Positions 8,134 through 18,518 are shown, counted from the first letter of the stretch. The stretch is 32,000 bases of DNA from Methanococcus maripaludis (GCF_002945325.1 NZ_CP026606.1:120001-152000), one strand, 5' to 3'. The notes: a model not told the origin generated them from the letters alone. Numbers and translations are program-made.

Positions 8134-8958
8134 TTATTCTACGAGTTTGTACCAAAAGTTCATGTCTTCAAATTTACCGCAGATATTTGTATTATTAACT
8201 GCTGTTCCACTGTAAATATAGCCCATTTTTTTAAAAGTAATATTCATCCCATACGAGATACTTCTTGCAATCGTGTAAAAAACCCTGTATCCATTGTCTT
8301 TCATTATTTTTTCCATTATATATAGTAGATATTTAGAAAGCCCTAATTTTTGATATTCTTCAAGAACTGCAAAATCGGTCATTTCAACGCATTTATTCGT
8401 AATATCCATTTCACAAGACGATGCTGCAACGATTTTACCATTATCTTCAATTATAAAGTATTTTACGTTTGTCTGCATTGTCTTTAATATATAATTTGGA
8501 TCGTCTATTGGAAAAGGATACGTTTTAAAAACTTTTGAATAGTGTTTTGATAGTTTTTCTGCATCGGTTTCATTTGCAATTTTTAAGTGAAAATTTTCAT
8601 CAAATTTTACGGATGAATCTATATCAACAGTTTTCACATAATTTAAAACATCTTCTGCTTCTTTTGAAAATTTTGATATTTTTCGAGATTCTTCAAAAAA
8701 TTTAGACATAAAATATGCATCATCATTTGAATAGTAATTTTCAAGTTTTCCTTCACAAATATAACCGTTTTTTTCAAAAAGTTCCTTTTGATTTCCTGAA
8801 ACTTTTGCAAAAACTTTTGAAAGCTTTTTTTCATTGCATACACTGTCAACATGCGTAATTAATTCGCCCACGTCTTTTCCAAGCTTCATTATGTATATTC
8901 TATCATTTAAGTCACTTATTTGAATAATTGAATCATTTATTTCGATTATTGTTTCCAT
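8134..8958 (-). CDS. ablB: Beta-lysine N6-acetyltransferase (GNAT).
   Basis: The C-terminal GNAT core reads ASSCEMDITNKCVEMTDFAVLEEYQKLGLSKYLL...YTIARSISYGMNITFKKMGYIYSGTAVNNTNICGKFEDMNFWYK, which is typical of AblB. Its ATG directly abuts the ablA stop (TAAATG), and AGGAGGG lies inside the ablA 3' end. Confidence 0.85.
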   Translation of the reverse strand: METIIEINDSIIQISDLNDRIYIMKLGKDVGELITHVDSVCNEKKLSKVFAKVSGNQKELFEKNGYICEGKLENYYSNDDAYFMSKFFEESRKISKFSKEAEDVLNYVKTVDIDSSVKFDENFHLKIANETDAEKLSKHYSKVFKTYPFPIDDPNYILKTMQTNVKYFIIEDNGKIVAASSCEMDITNKCVEMTDFAVLEEYQKLGLSKYLLYIMEKIMKDNGYRVFYTIARSISYGMNITFKKMGYIYSGTAVNNTNICGKFEDMNFWYKLVE

Positions 8959-10269
8959 TTAGTCATCCCTCCTGGCAACTCGCTCGTTGTTTTCAGGGAT
9001 TAATGAAATTGAATTGTCTACATCGGTTATTAATTTTTCAATTCCCGTTTGATTAATTTCAAAGTCCCCAATACACATTCTGTCACACGTATCGCAATTT
9101 TTACTGCATCCACCGTAATCTGACGGTTCAACGTATGATGTGATAATTCCTTCATAATTTCTTAAAATTACTCGGTCAGAACCCCATGAAACCACGTAAT
9201 TTGGCATCACAGGAATTTTTCCACCGCCTCCCGGTGCATCTACAACGTATCTGGGAACTGCAAATCCGGTTGTATGCCCGATTAAACTTTCAATAATTTC
9301 CAATCCTTTACTAACTGAAGTTCTAAAATGAGAAATTCCTTTTGATAAATCGCACTGGTAAAGATAGTATGGCCTTACTCTTGACGAAACGAGTTTTTGA
9401 TTCAATTTTCTCATGACATATGGACAGTCGTTAACTCCTGCTAAAAGTACCGTCTGATTTCCAAGGGGAATTCCAGAATCTGAAAGTTTATCGAGTGCTT
9501 TTTTAGATTCTTTAGTAATCTCCACGGGATGGTTGTAGTGGGTATTTATCCAGATTGGATGGTATTTTTTCAAAACATTGACTAAATTATCAGTAATTCT
9601 TTGAGGAAGAACCACGGGAACTCTTGATCCGATTCTTATGAGTTCAACGTGTTTTATGCTACTTATTTCTGACAGTATCCAGTCTAAAAATTCATCGGAA
9701 AGTAAAAGAGGGTCTCCTCCTGAAAGTAAAACATCTCTTATTTTATCGTTATTTTTAATATAATCGATTGCTTTTTGAATCTCTTCTTTTGAAGGATTAC
9801 TGCTTTTTTCAGAAACTTTTCTTTTTCTCGTGCAGTGCCTGCAGTACATTGCGCAGTTTGGGTTTATATAAAATAAAACTCTGTCAGGATACCGGTGGGT
9901 TATTCCAATAACCGGGGAGTCTTCATCTTCAGATAATGGATCTTCCATTTCAAAATTTTCAAGTATGAGTTCTTTTGAAGATGCCACGCTTTGTTTATAA
10001 ATTGGATCTTTGTCTAAATTTTTTGTATCAATTAAACTTGCATAGTATGGAGTAATTGACATTGGAAATACATCTATCGCTTTTTGGATTTCTGTTTTCT
10101 CTTTTTCATCAAAAGTTATTCCTAAAAAATTTTCTAACGTATCAACATCTTTAATTGAATTTGAAAGCTGCCACTTGTAATCGTTCCAATTATCAATTGT
10201 GGCATTTTCTGAAATTTTTTTTGTATATTTTAATATACTTTCGTCACTTAATTCGTTCAAAACTATCAC
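8959..10269 (-). CDS. ablA: Lysine 2,3-aminomutase (radical SAM).
   Basis: It has the radical-SAM motif CAMYCRHCTRKR, KamA-type blocks (LLSGGDPL, PYYLYQCD, VVDAPGGGGKIP) and a C-terminal Cys cluster. The start is ambiguous. The GTG at 10269 lies inside an AGGTGA, so the in-frame TTG 9 nt downstream is an alternative. Confidence 0.9.
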   Translation of the reverse strand: MIVLNELSDESILKYTKKISENATIDNWNDYKWQLSNSIKDVDTLENFLGITFDEKEKTEIQKAIDVFPMSITPYYASLIDTKNLDKDPIYKQSVASSKELILENFEMEDPLSEDEDSPVIGITHRYPDRVLFYINPNCAMYCRHCTRKRKVSEKSSNPSKEEIQKAIDYIKNNDKIRDVLLSGGDPLLLSDEFLDWILSEISSIKHVELIRIGSRVPVVLPQRITDNLVNVLKKYHPIWINTHYNHPVEITKESKKALDKLSDSGIPLGNQTVLLAGVNDCPYVMRKLNQKLVSSRVRPYYLYQCDLSKGISHFRTSVSKGLEIIESLIGHTTGFAVPRYVVDAPGGGGKIPVMPNYVVSWGSDRVILRNYEGIITSYVEPSDYGGCSKNCDTCDRMCIGDFEINQTGIEKLITDVDNSISLIPENNERVARRDD

Positions 10270-10329
10270 CTAAAAACATAATCGATATATCTAAATTTTT
10301 CGAAATTTAACATGGATATATCAACAGAG

Positions 10330-10340
10330 GGGGTATCCCA
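10330..10340 (+). repeat. Copy C of the motif GGGGTATCCCA, 61-71 nt upstream of the ablA start.
   Basis: It is identical to the 11-mer at 1508-1518. Confidence 0.6.
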
Positions 10341-10836
10341 AATAGCAAATCGAAAAACCGAAAATATGAGGTTTCAAAATTTAAAAAGGCTTATACATCC
10401 TTTTTTTAAAAGATAGTATAAATAATTAATGGGTAACACTATTATAGCATAAGCTAAAATCAAAAAAACTTGAAAAAGTTTGTTGATATATTTTAATTAA
10501 TTGAAGGTTGTGGGCTCACATAATTATATTAATTAACAATAACAACGATAATATGAAGGTTTAAGATAATTAAACCTCCAGTAAATTCTTTAAAAATAAT
10601 ATCGGTGTGAAGTGGGGATATGAGGGATAATTTCACAAATACACACCAAACTTTTACTTTTTTAACTCTTTTTGGCCTAATAAAAAGAATTCCAAAATAA
10701 TAATTTTAAAGTGTGCTTTTAGCGAAATTAATAATAAAACCCCAGAATCACCATCCATAATGGATTATTAAGTTCTTAAGTTGGTTAATTGTTTAAAAAT
10801 CGCATAATAACTAAAATGTGATAATTAATAAATAAT

Positions 10837-11157
10837 TTAGGCGGTTAAAAACTCTTTTAAAGCGTCTTTTAATGTATTTTCTGTCATAACTACTTTCATG
10901 CCTTTTCCTTCGAGTACAGATTTAGGATGGTCCCCCATTCTGCTACAAAAGATTGCACCACAGTCTTTTAAAAGTTCGAGTGCATAGTTCCACCTGTCAG
11001 TGTGGTCTTTTATATGTTTTGTTGGGTTTTCCCTAAATTCTAAAAATTCTGCTACATTATCTTTTATTTCAAAAATAAGAAAATGTGTGGCAGCTCCGAA
11101 GTGCATGTTGACATTTACACCATCAGTTGATGCAATTGCTACTTTCAAACTCTCCAT
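10837..11157 (-). CDS. nifX: NifX/NifB-C-terminal family FeMo-cofactor carrier protein.
   Basis: This 106-aa protein (MESLKVAIASTDGVNVNMHFGAATHFLIFE...) is the last gene of the nif operon. GAGGT lies 5 nt upstream of the ATG. It overlaps the nifN 3' end by 35 nt. Confidence 0.8.
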   Translation of the reverse strand: MESLKVAIASTDGVNVNMHFGAATHFLIFEIKDNVAEFLEFRENPTKHIKDHTDRWNYALELLKDCGAIFCSRMGDHPKSVLEGKGMKVVMTENTLKDALKEFLTA

Positions 11158-12499
11158 GGTCTACCTCTGTATTTTCGTCTAATGCCCATCCAAACTCGTC
11201 AAAGTATCTGTCGAGTATTGTATTGGTTATAGTATCTACAAGTCTAATTCCTGCAGTATAGCCTAAAGAAGTTATTCTTTGAGCGCCAACTCTATCATAG
11301 ATTGGGAAACCCATCCTAATTAAAGGAATATTTTCGGCACCTGCAATTCTTGAACCGTATGAATTTCCAATTAAAAGATCCACTTTTGATTTTTTAATTT
11401 CTTGGTGGAGATCGTAAAGATCCCCTGGAGCTAAGATTACTGGTTTATGTTTGCTATCTTTAGTTACTGCTTTGATGTCTTCAACGAAGGTTTTACTTTC
11501 GCTTCCGGTACAGACGATTGAAGGAATCATTCCAAGTTCCAAAACAAATCTCGTAAATCCAACTACGACATCTGGATCGCCGTAGATTGCAACTTTTCTT
11601 CCAAAATTATGTTGGTGGGCGTCGATCATGGCATCGATTAATTTTCCACGTTCTCTAGTTATCTGTTCAGGTATCTCTTTATTCGTAAGTTTACAAAGTT
11701 CATTCATAAATTCATCAGTACTCTGCAGTCCTATTGGTAGATATGGTGACACGGATTTTATTCCGTAAGCTTCATGGAGGAATTTGGCGGCGGAATTTGC
11801 ATGCTTACAGAGTGAAATCGTTGCAAATGAATTTGCAGTGTCTTTAAGTTCTTCCACAGTAGTTCCTGCAGATGACACGAATGAAACTTCTCCATCGAAA
11901 GGGGCGTCCATAGATTCCGAAGTATCGGTTAGAATTATTGATTCTATACCCATTTCACGTAAAATCCTTTTGGTTTCTGCAATGTCACCTGGAGAAACCA
12001 TTCCGGTAATCACGTTTAACTTGGAATTTGGCTTTGATGGAGTTGCTAAATTTTCAACCAATGCCTTAACTGTTGAATCGTATCCTTCTACATGTGTATG
12101 TTTATAACTTGGGGTTGATATCGGGACTATTTCGGGCAAATCATCATTTTGTGTCTTGAATAACCGGATGATTCCTTCAACGTCGTCACCAATAGTTTCA
12201 CTAAGACAGCTTGTAGTTACACCTATTATTTCAGGACCATAAATTCTGCTCACGTTTCTGATCGCATGTTTTAAATTTTCTTCACCACCGAGTACGGCAT
12301 TTGCCTCACTCATTGATGAAGATGCCACGTTTACAGCTTCTTTAAAATGACGTCCAAGTTGGAATCTCATGTAGGTGCTGCATCCGTGCGATCCGTGTAT
12401 TAACGGCATTGAATTCTTTACACCCATTAATGCAAATATTGCACCCATTGGCTGGCATATTTTACATGGATTAATTACAGCAAATTTTTTTTCAGTCAT
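11123..12499 (-). CDS. nifN: Nitrogenase FeMo-cofactor biosynthesis scaffold protein NifN.
   Basis: It is a NifK paralogue with the blocks NPCKICQPMGA, HGSHGCSTY and TTSCLSETIGDD. An AGAGGAA ribosome-binding site is present. Its position after nifE supports the call. Confidence 0.85.
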   Translation of the reverse strand: MTEKKFAVINPCKICQPMGAIFALMGVKNSMPLIHGSHGCSTYMRFQLGRHFKEAVNVASSSMSEANAVLGGEENLKHAIRNVSRIYGPEIIGVTTSCLSETIGDDVEGIIRLFKTQNDDLPEIVPISTPSYKHTHVEGYDSTVKALVENLATPSKPNSKLNVITGMVSPGDIAETKRILREMGIESIILTDTSESMDAPFDGEVSFVSSAGTTVEELKDTANSFATISLCKHANSAAKFLHEAYGIKSVSPYLPIGLQSTDEFMNELCKLTNKEIPEQITRERGKLIDAMIDAHQHNFGRKVAIYGDPDVVVGFTRFVLELGMIPSIVCTGSESKTFVEDIKAVTKDSKHKPVILAPGDLYDLHQEIKKSKVDLLIGNSYGSRIAGAENIPLIRMGFPIYDRVGAQRITSLGYTAGIRLVDTITNTILDRYFDEFGWALDENTEVDHGEFESSNCIN

Positions 12500-12515
12500 A
12501 ATATTCCTCTAATCG

Positions 12516-13958
12516 TCATTTTCTAGAAAGTCTCCAAATTGGCGTCATAACTGCGGTATGTACAACTCTTGCAAAATTTATGAAGCCCTGATAGCCTGAA
12601 AAGGCAGTTATCCTGTCGTGATTGAAATCACAGTGAGGAATTCCACTTTTCAGTGATAAATATTTTTCTTTAGCTCCAGAAATTAATATGTCAGGTTTGT
12701 ATTCTTTGAGAAGCTGTACAAGTTCCATTGAACTTGCATCGTCCACAATTAATGTACCTTCGCAGACGTGATCTCTAATTTGTTGGTAATCTTCGGGTTT
12801 TCCGTTTTGGGTACCACTCATGATAATTTCCATATCGAGTTCACCAAATGCGCTTACCAGTGCCCAAGATTTATGGGCTCCGGAATATATCGCTACGGTT
12901 CTACCGGATAGATCTTTTTTGTATTCAGAAATTTCATCTCTAAGATTTTTAATTTCTGATTTTATGAGTTCTTCAGTTCTTTTAATCATTTCTTCATCGC
13001 CGAAAAATTCTGCAACAGCCCTTAAAGACTTTGTAGTTTCGTCGAGTCCAAAGAAATTTACTTTAATGCTCGGTATTCCGTATTTCTTTTCCATTTGGCT
13101 TGCTAAATAATTGGATGATTTTTGGCATTGAACTATATTTAATTTAGATCGGTGCGCACTTGCAACTTTAGCGACTGTTGAGTCTCCAGTAATTGCAGTG
13201 TGTACTTTCACACCCATTTTTTCATATAATGGAATAATTCCCCAGAGATCTCCTGCAACATTGAATTCTCCAATTATATTAATACTGTAGGGGTGCTCTT
13301 CTTCTGGCTCTTCTGTGCCAATTACGTAATCAAGCATTGCGTCACATGCGAGTTTGTGACCTGCAGTTTTATTAAAACTTTTGAACCCTTCTGACTGTAC
13401 CGGAATAACTCTGCAGCCCGTTGCTTCTTGTGCCTGTCTACAAACTGCTTTAAGATCATCTCCAATCAAACCTACTACGCAAGTTGAGTAAACAAATATT
13501 GCACCAGGGTGATAAAGCTTATTTACTTCCAAAATGGATTCATAGAGCTTTTTTTCTCCACCAAATACAATATCTTTCTCTTGCAAATCAGTTGAGAATC
13601 CGTTTTTGTAAAGTTTATCTCCTGTAGATTTACTTCCACGAATATCCCAAGTGCATGCTGCGCAGCCTATTGGCCCGTGTACGAGATGTACTGCATCAGT
13701 TATTGGCATTAGAACAACTCTTGCTCCCCCGTATACGCAGGATCTCTGGGTAATCATTCCAGGGGTTGAGTTTTTGTCACATGTAGGAATTGAATCGTCT
13801 TTTCCAGAAACACACATTTGTGATTCTCTGGCTTTTAACGCTTCAATAGATTTTAATTTTTCAAAAATGGAATTTGGGATTTTGACTTCTAAGTCAAAAT
13901 CATCATCGTTATTTCCATCTTGCATTTTCCGGTTTTCTGTATCAAGGTTCAAAACCAT
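12516..13958 (-). CDS. nifE: Nitrogenase FeMo-cofactor biosynthesis scaffold protein NifE.
   Basis: It is a NifD paralogue with RSCVYGGARVVL, VHLVHGPIGCAAC and YSTCVVGLIGDD. I prefer the ATG at 13958 (MVLNLDTENRK), which has AAGAGGAA 6-7 nt upstream and lies 22 nt after the nifK stop. The track ORF extends to 14051 and would overlap nifK by 71 nt. Confidence 0.85.
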   Translation of the reverse strand: MVLNLDTENRKMQDGNNDDDFDLEVKIPNSIFEKLKSIEALKARESQMCVSGKDDSIPTCDKNSTPGMITQRSCVYGGARVVLMPITDAVHLVHGPIGCAACTWDIRGSKSTGDKLYKNGFSTDLQEKDIVFGGEKKLYESILEVNKLYHPGAIFVYSTCVVGLIGDDLKAVCRQAQEATGCRVIPVQSEGFKSFNKTAGHKLACDAMLDYVIGTEEPEEEHPYSINIIGEFNVAGDLWGIIPLYEKMGVKVHTAITGDSTVAKVASAHRSKLNIVQCQKSSNYLASQMEKKYGIPSIKVNFFGLDETTKSLRAVAEFFGDEEMIKRTEELIKSEIKNLRDEISEYKKDLSGRTVAIYSGAHKSWALVSAFGELDMEIIMSGTQNGKPEDYQQIRDHVCEGTLIVDDASSMELVQLLKEYKPDILISGAKEKYLSLKSGIPHCDFNHDRITAFSGYQGFINFARVVHTAVMTPIWRLSRK

Positions 13959-13980
13959 AGTATTCCTCTTTATTTTGGGC

Positions 13981-15369
13981 TTACTGTTGGAGTTTCCAGT
14001 CTTGAGTTTCGTAGTATTTATCGAGGATTGTGTTTGTAATTCCATCGACAAGGTTCAAAGCACCATTGTATCCAATAATTGGTCTTCTTTGGTATCCTAC
14101 TCTATCGTATACTGGGTATCCTACTCTGTAGAGTGGTATTCCGAGGTCTTTTGCCATCAATCTACCATCTGAGCTACCAATCATTAAATCGACTGGGTTT
14201 TCTTTTAAGTAAACATCTAATGCTCTTAAGTCTTGTCCGAAGAGTGCATCAATGTCTTCATCTGATTCTTTAGCTACTTTTTTCAAGTCATTAACGAAGT
14301 ATTCGTTTTTAACTCCAGTACATACCACTTTAGGAATCATTCCAAGTTCTGCTACAAATCTTGCCATTCCTACAGTTATTGATGGGTCACCGTAGATTGC
14401 TACTTTTCTTCCGAATAAGTATCTTGATGCAACATCAGCCATTGCGTCAATCACAATACCTCTTTCGTCAAGTATCTCATCAGTAACATCGTTTCCAGTG
14501 AATTTTTTAACAGTTCTTATGAAACTGTCAGTATTTTGAATACCGATTGGTGCTTCACTCACTTTTGAAGGCATGTTGTATTTTTTCTCAAGTGATGCAG
14601 GAGCACTGCTTGCATAGTTAGCAAGTGAAATTGTACCAAGTGAGTTTGCACAGTCCTGAATATCTGCAAGAGGTGTTCCACCTTTTTGATAGTATGGATT
14701 TTTATCTGCTTTTGAAGGCCTGAGTGGTGAATCAAATGGATCAGAGGTATCTGTAAGTAAAATACCTTCAACCCCCATGAGTGAAAGCATATGTTTGATT
14801 TCCCTGATGTCTCCAGGGTTTACAATTCCTGGAATGATATTTAATTTTCCATTTTCTTCGTCTTTTGGTTCAGCTAATGTATCTACAATTGCTTTTATTG
14901 CATTATCGTATCCTTTGAACTGGTGCTCAACGAAACTTGGAGTATTAATCTGAACAATTTTTATTTTTGAAGCAGCTTCTTCACCCATTTTCTTTGCAAT
15001 TTCTACTTTAGCTGTTTTAATGAAACCAGCAACGTCATCTCCGATGATTTCACTGGAACATGTTGTTACAACACCCATTACATCAGGTTTAAACCTTGCA
15101 GCTAAGTTTCCGAGACCTGAAATCAGGTTTTTTCTTCCACCGAATACTGCTGCATCCTCGTGAAGTGAGGTTACTGCAATATCTGCAGGTTCTCTAAAGT
15201 GTCTTGCAAATCCATATCTTACGAATGTTGAACATCCTTGTGATCCGTGAACTAAAGGCATTCCTCTTTCAATTCCAGATACTGCGTACATTGCACCTAA
15301 AGGTTGGCATGTTACGATTGGGTTAATTACCGCGGTTCTTTCTTTTTTGATTACGTTTAACTCACTCAT
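13981..15369 (-). CDS. nifK: Nitrogenase MoFe protein beta chain.
   Basis: The motifs [18 protein letters not shown] and [11 protein letters not shown] are present. The ATG at 15369 (MSELNVIKK) is preceded by AGGTGAT and overlaps the nifD stop (ATGAGTGA). The track start at 15396 is less likely. Confidence 0.9.
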   Translation of the reverse strand: MSELNVIKKERTAVINPIVTCQPLGAMYAVSGIERGMPLVHGSQGCSTFVRYGFARHFREPADIAVTSLHEDAAVFGGRKNLISGLGNLAARFKPDVMGVVTTCSSEIIGDDVAGFIKTAKVEIAKKMGEEAASKIKIVQINTPSFVEHQFKGYDNAIKAIVDTLAEPKDEENGKLNIIPGIVNPGDIREIKHMLSLMGVEGILLTDTSDPFDSPLRPSKADKNPYYQKGGTPLADIQDCANSLGTISLANYASSAPASLEKKYNMPSKVSEAPIGIQNTDSFIRTVKKFTGNDVTDEILDERGIVIDAMADVASRYLFGRKVAIYGDPSITVGMARFVAELGMIPKVVCTGVKNEYFVNDLKKVAKESDEDIDALFGQDLRALDVYLKENPVDLMIGSSDGRLMAKDLGIPLYRVGYPVYDRVGYQRRPIIGYNGALNLVDGITNTILDKYYETQDWKLQQ

Positions 15370-16795
15370 TTGAATCACCTGGTTCTTCGTCTTCAAATTC
15401 CATTAATTTCCAGGCTGGGTTGTATATTGCTGTGTATATATCTCTTGCCATGTTTACGAATCCTTCAAATCCAATGTATGGACCGTTTTCGTAAGAGTGT
15501 ATCATTACTGAAGGTACTCCTAATTTGTGGAAGAAATATTTCTCTTTGATACCACCAAGAACTATTTCTGGTTGGTATTTTTCAACAACTTCTTCCATTT
15601 CAAGGGTATTCGGGTCGTCAATGATAATTGTACCATCTTTTGCCCTTTCTTGCATTTTTTCGTATCCATCTTCGTGCTCGAAGAGACCTGAAAGTGCTAC
15701 TACATCCATTCCTAAGTATTGTTCTATTGGTTTGGATAAGTGCCAGCTTTTTGGACCTCCTGCTGAAATCCAGATTTTTTTACCTTGTAATTTTGATTTG
15801 TAGAAATCAAGTTCAGGTTGGATTTTTTCCATTTCTTTTTTGATAACTGCTTCAGCTTCAATTTCTTTTCCGAAGTATTTACCTACTGCTCTTAAGTTTT
15901 CAGCACAGTATTCTGGACCGAAGAAATCTACTTTCAGGTACGGAACACCGTATTTTTCTTCGATTAATTTTGCTACATAAGTTGCAGATCTTTGGCATCT
16001 TACAAGGCTTAATTTTGCTTTGTGCATCCAGCAGAGTTCACCGTGGGTTGCATCCCCGGTAAATTTACTCAGAACGTTAATGCCCATATCATCGAAGTAT
16101 TTTTCGAGAACCCAGTAGTCACCATCGATGTTATATTCTCCAATAAGGTTGATGTCGTAATCGGTTGTTTTAGGAGGTTCTTTTGTTCCAACTAATTTTT
16201 CAAATATCGTGTAGTTTCCTACGTGGTGTCCTTTTGATTGTGTTGGTCCTGCAAATCCTGGAGCGTTGAATGCTACAACATCTTTTCCAAGTTCTGCTTG
16301 CATTTCTTTACATACTGCATCTAAGTCGTCTCCAATAAGACCTGTTGTACATGTTGCGTAAACGTAGATTGCATTTACGAATGGGTACTCTTTTGCAGCT
16401 TCCCTAATTGTTGTTTTAAGTTTTTTCATTCCACCAAACACAACATCGGATTCAGTTAAATCTGTTCCAACGATGTGTTTTAAGTTGAAGTTTTCAACCG
16501 GGAATACGCTTCCATCGGGCATTTCGGGTCTTGTTGGGTATCTTTTTGTTGTACCGTTTCCATATGAGGTACATCCTACTGGCGAGTGTACTACGTGCAA
16601 TACATCTTTTATTGCACCAGTAATAACACCTTTTACTCCTGCAAAAGCACATCCTCTTTCAGTCATACTTCCAGGGATTGTGTTTGTATTACATCTTTGT
16701 TTGCAGTGTCCTTTTGGTTCTTTTGAGTCTTTGATGTAAATGTGTTGTTCTCTTTCAGGGATATCTTTATCTACATCCAATAAACAGAATGGCAT
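15362..16795 (-). CDS. nifD: Nitrogenase MoFe protein alpha chain.
   Basis: P-cluster cysteine contexts are present ([25 protein letters not shown]). The FeMo-co ligand contexts [11 protein letters not shown] (Cys275 equivalent) and [10 protein letters not shown] (His442 equivalent) are also present. A GGAGGG ribosome-binding site precedes the start. Confidence 0.92.
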   Translation of the reverse strand: MPFCLLDVDKDIPEREQHIYIKDSKEPKGHCKQRCNTNTIPGSMTERGCAFAGVKGVITGAIKDVLHVVHSPVGCTSYGNGTTKRYPTRPEMPDGSVFPVENFNLKHIVGTDLTESDVVFGGMKKLKTTIREAAKEYPFVNAIYVYATCTTGLIGDDLDAVCKEMQAELGKDVVAFNAPGFAGPTQSKGHHVGNYTIFEKLVGTKEPPKTTDYDINLIGEYNIDGDYWVLEKYFDDMGINVLSKFTGDATHGELCWMHKAKLSLVRCQRSATYVAKLIEEKYGVPYLKVDFFGPEYCAENLRAVGKYFGKEIEAEAVIKKEMEKIQPELDFYKSKLQGKKIWISAGGPKSWHLSKPIEQYLGMDVVALSGLFEHEDGYEKMQERAKDGTIIIDDPNTLEMEEVVEKYQPEIVLGGIKEKYFFHKLGVPSVMIHSYENGPYIGFEGFVNMARDIYTAIYNPAWKLMEFEDEEPGDSNE

Positions 16796-16844
16796 GTTTG
16801 CCCTCCTAAAAAATTTTTAAAGGGTAATTTTGGGGTCTATTTGC

Positions 16845-17210
16845 TTAAATTGCAGCTTCTCCTCTTTCAGAGGTTCTTACTGTGATTATATCTTCAATTG
16901 GACATACGAAGATTTTTCCGTCACCGTATTGGCCAGATTTATTTACTTTCATAATTGCTTCAACTACAAGGCTTGCATCCTCATCAGGAACAATTAATGT
17001 TAGCATTGTTTTTGGGATGTATCTCATGTCCCCCGGTTGGTTTAACAATTCTTTGTTGTCAACTTCAAATCCGAGTTCTCCAACAATTGCTTTTTGTTTT
17101 CCCCTTCCAAGAACCCTGTTCGCAGTCATTGCTGGAAATCCAAGGCCTTCGAGGACAGTTTTTGTTTGTGCCATTTTGCTTGGCCGAATTATTGCGATTA
17201 TCTCTTTCAT
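16845..17210 (-). CDS. nifI2: PII-family nitrogenase regulator NifI2.
   Basis: This 121-aa GlnB-like protein has an extended T-loop region. An AGGTGAT ribosome-binding site is present. It occupies the second PII slot between nifH and nifD. Confidence 0.85.
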   Translation of the reverse strand: MKEIIAIIRPSKMAQTKTVLEGLGFPAMTANRVLGRGKQKAIVGELGFEVDNKELLNQPGDMRYIPKTMLTLIVPDEDASLVVEAIMKVNKSGQYGDGKIFVCPIEDIITVRTSERGEAAI

Positions 17211-17219
17211 ATAATCACC

Positions 17220-17537
17220 TTATAATCCGCATGATCTTGTTCTAACTGTGTATGCTTCATCTACAGGACTTACGAATATCTTACCGTCACCAAAGCTTCC
17301 TGTGTATGCAGTTTTTGTAATTAATTCAATTACATTTTCTGCTGCATCGTCTTCAACTACGAGCATGAGCATTGTTTTTGGAAGTTCATCGTAGTAAATC
17401 TGGTCAATCTTAATTCCTTTCTGTTTTCCTCTTCCAATGACGTCCATTTTTGTTAAAGCTACGCATCCGGATTCAGCGAGTGCATCTACAACTTCTTCTG
17501 CTTTACTTGGTCTGACTACTGCTCTAATCATTTTCAT
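17220..17537 (-). CDS. nifI1: PII-family nitrogenase regulator NifI1.
   Basis: This 105-aa GlnB-like protein (MKMIRAVVRPSK...GDGKIFVSPV) is the first PII gene after nifH. Confidence 0.85.
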   Translation of the reverse strand: MKMIRAVVRPSKAEEVVDALAESGCVALTKMDVIGRGKQKGIKIDQIYYDELPKTMLMLVVEDDAAENVIELITKTAYTGSFGDGKIFVSPVDEAYTVRTRSCGL

Positions 17538-17579
17538 TTTTTGCCCTCTTGAAAATTTAAGGTAAGTAATTTAATTTAT

Positions 17580-18410
<831 letters not shown>

Positions 18411-18436
18411 TTAGGCCTCTATATATTGTTGTCTTT

Positions 18437-18452
18437 CGGAAATTTATTTCCG
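18437..18452 (-). promoter_or_regulatory. nif operator 2 (GGAA-N6-TTCC palindrome, NrpR-type).
   Basis: The plus strand reads CGGAAATTTATTTCCG. It lies 30-45 nt upstream of the nifH ATG. Confidence 0.8.
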
Positions 18453-18469
18453 ATCTTTTAGTTATTATA

Positions 18470-18485
18470 CGGAAGCTTCTTTCCG
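18470..18485 (-). promoter_or_regulatory. nif operator 1 (GGAA-N6-TTCC palindrome, NrpR-type), at the expected transcription start.
   Basis: The minus strand reads CGGAAAGAAGCTTCCG. It begins 25 nt downstream of the TATA box. Confidence 0.85.
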
Positions 18486-18510
18486 GTGAACTATGCTATA
18501 GGTTATTTAC

Positions 18511-18518
18511 TATATAAA
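18511..18518 (-). promoter_or_regulatory. nifH TATA box (box A).
   Basis: The minus strand reads TTTATATA, the methanococcal consensus. It lies about 104-111 nt upstream of the nifH ATG. Confidence 0.8.

Noticed and set aside
10654-10758. A 35-codon minus-strand mini-ORF (MDGDSGVLLLISLKAHFKIIILEFFLLGQKELKK) in the nifX-ablA spacer.
   Set aside because: It has no SD-like sequence, its composition matches that of AT-rich non-coding DNA, and I recognise no motif. It cannot be excluded without ribosome profiling, but nothing supports it.
13651-14172. A 173-aa plus-strand ORF, plus other long antisense ORFs inside conserved genes. Within nif genes these include 11784-12107, 12820-13110, 15525-15843, 16473-16739, 16882-17245 and 18082-18300. 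Examples elsewhere are 3122-3493 and 6408-6665.
   Set aside because: All lie opposite strongly supported conserved genes. Their sequences are low-complexity or atypical, and they have no SD-like sites. They are typical shadow ORFs.
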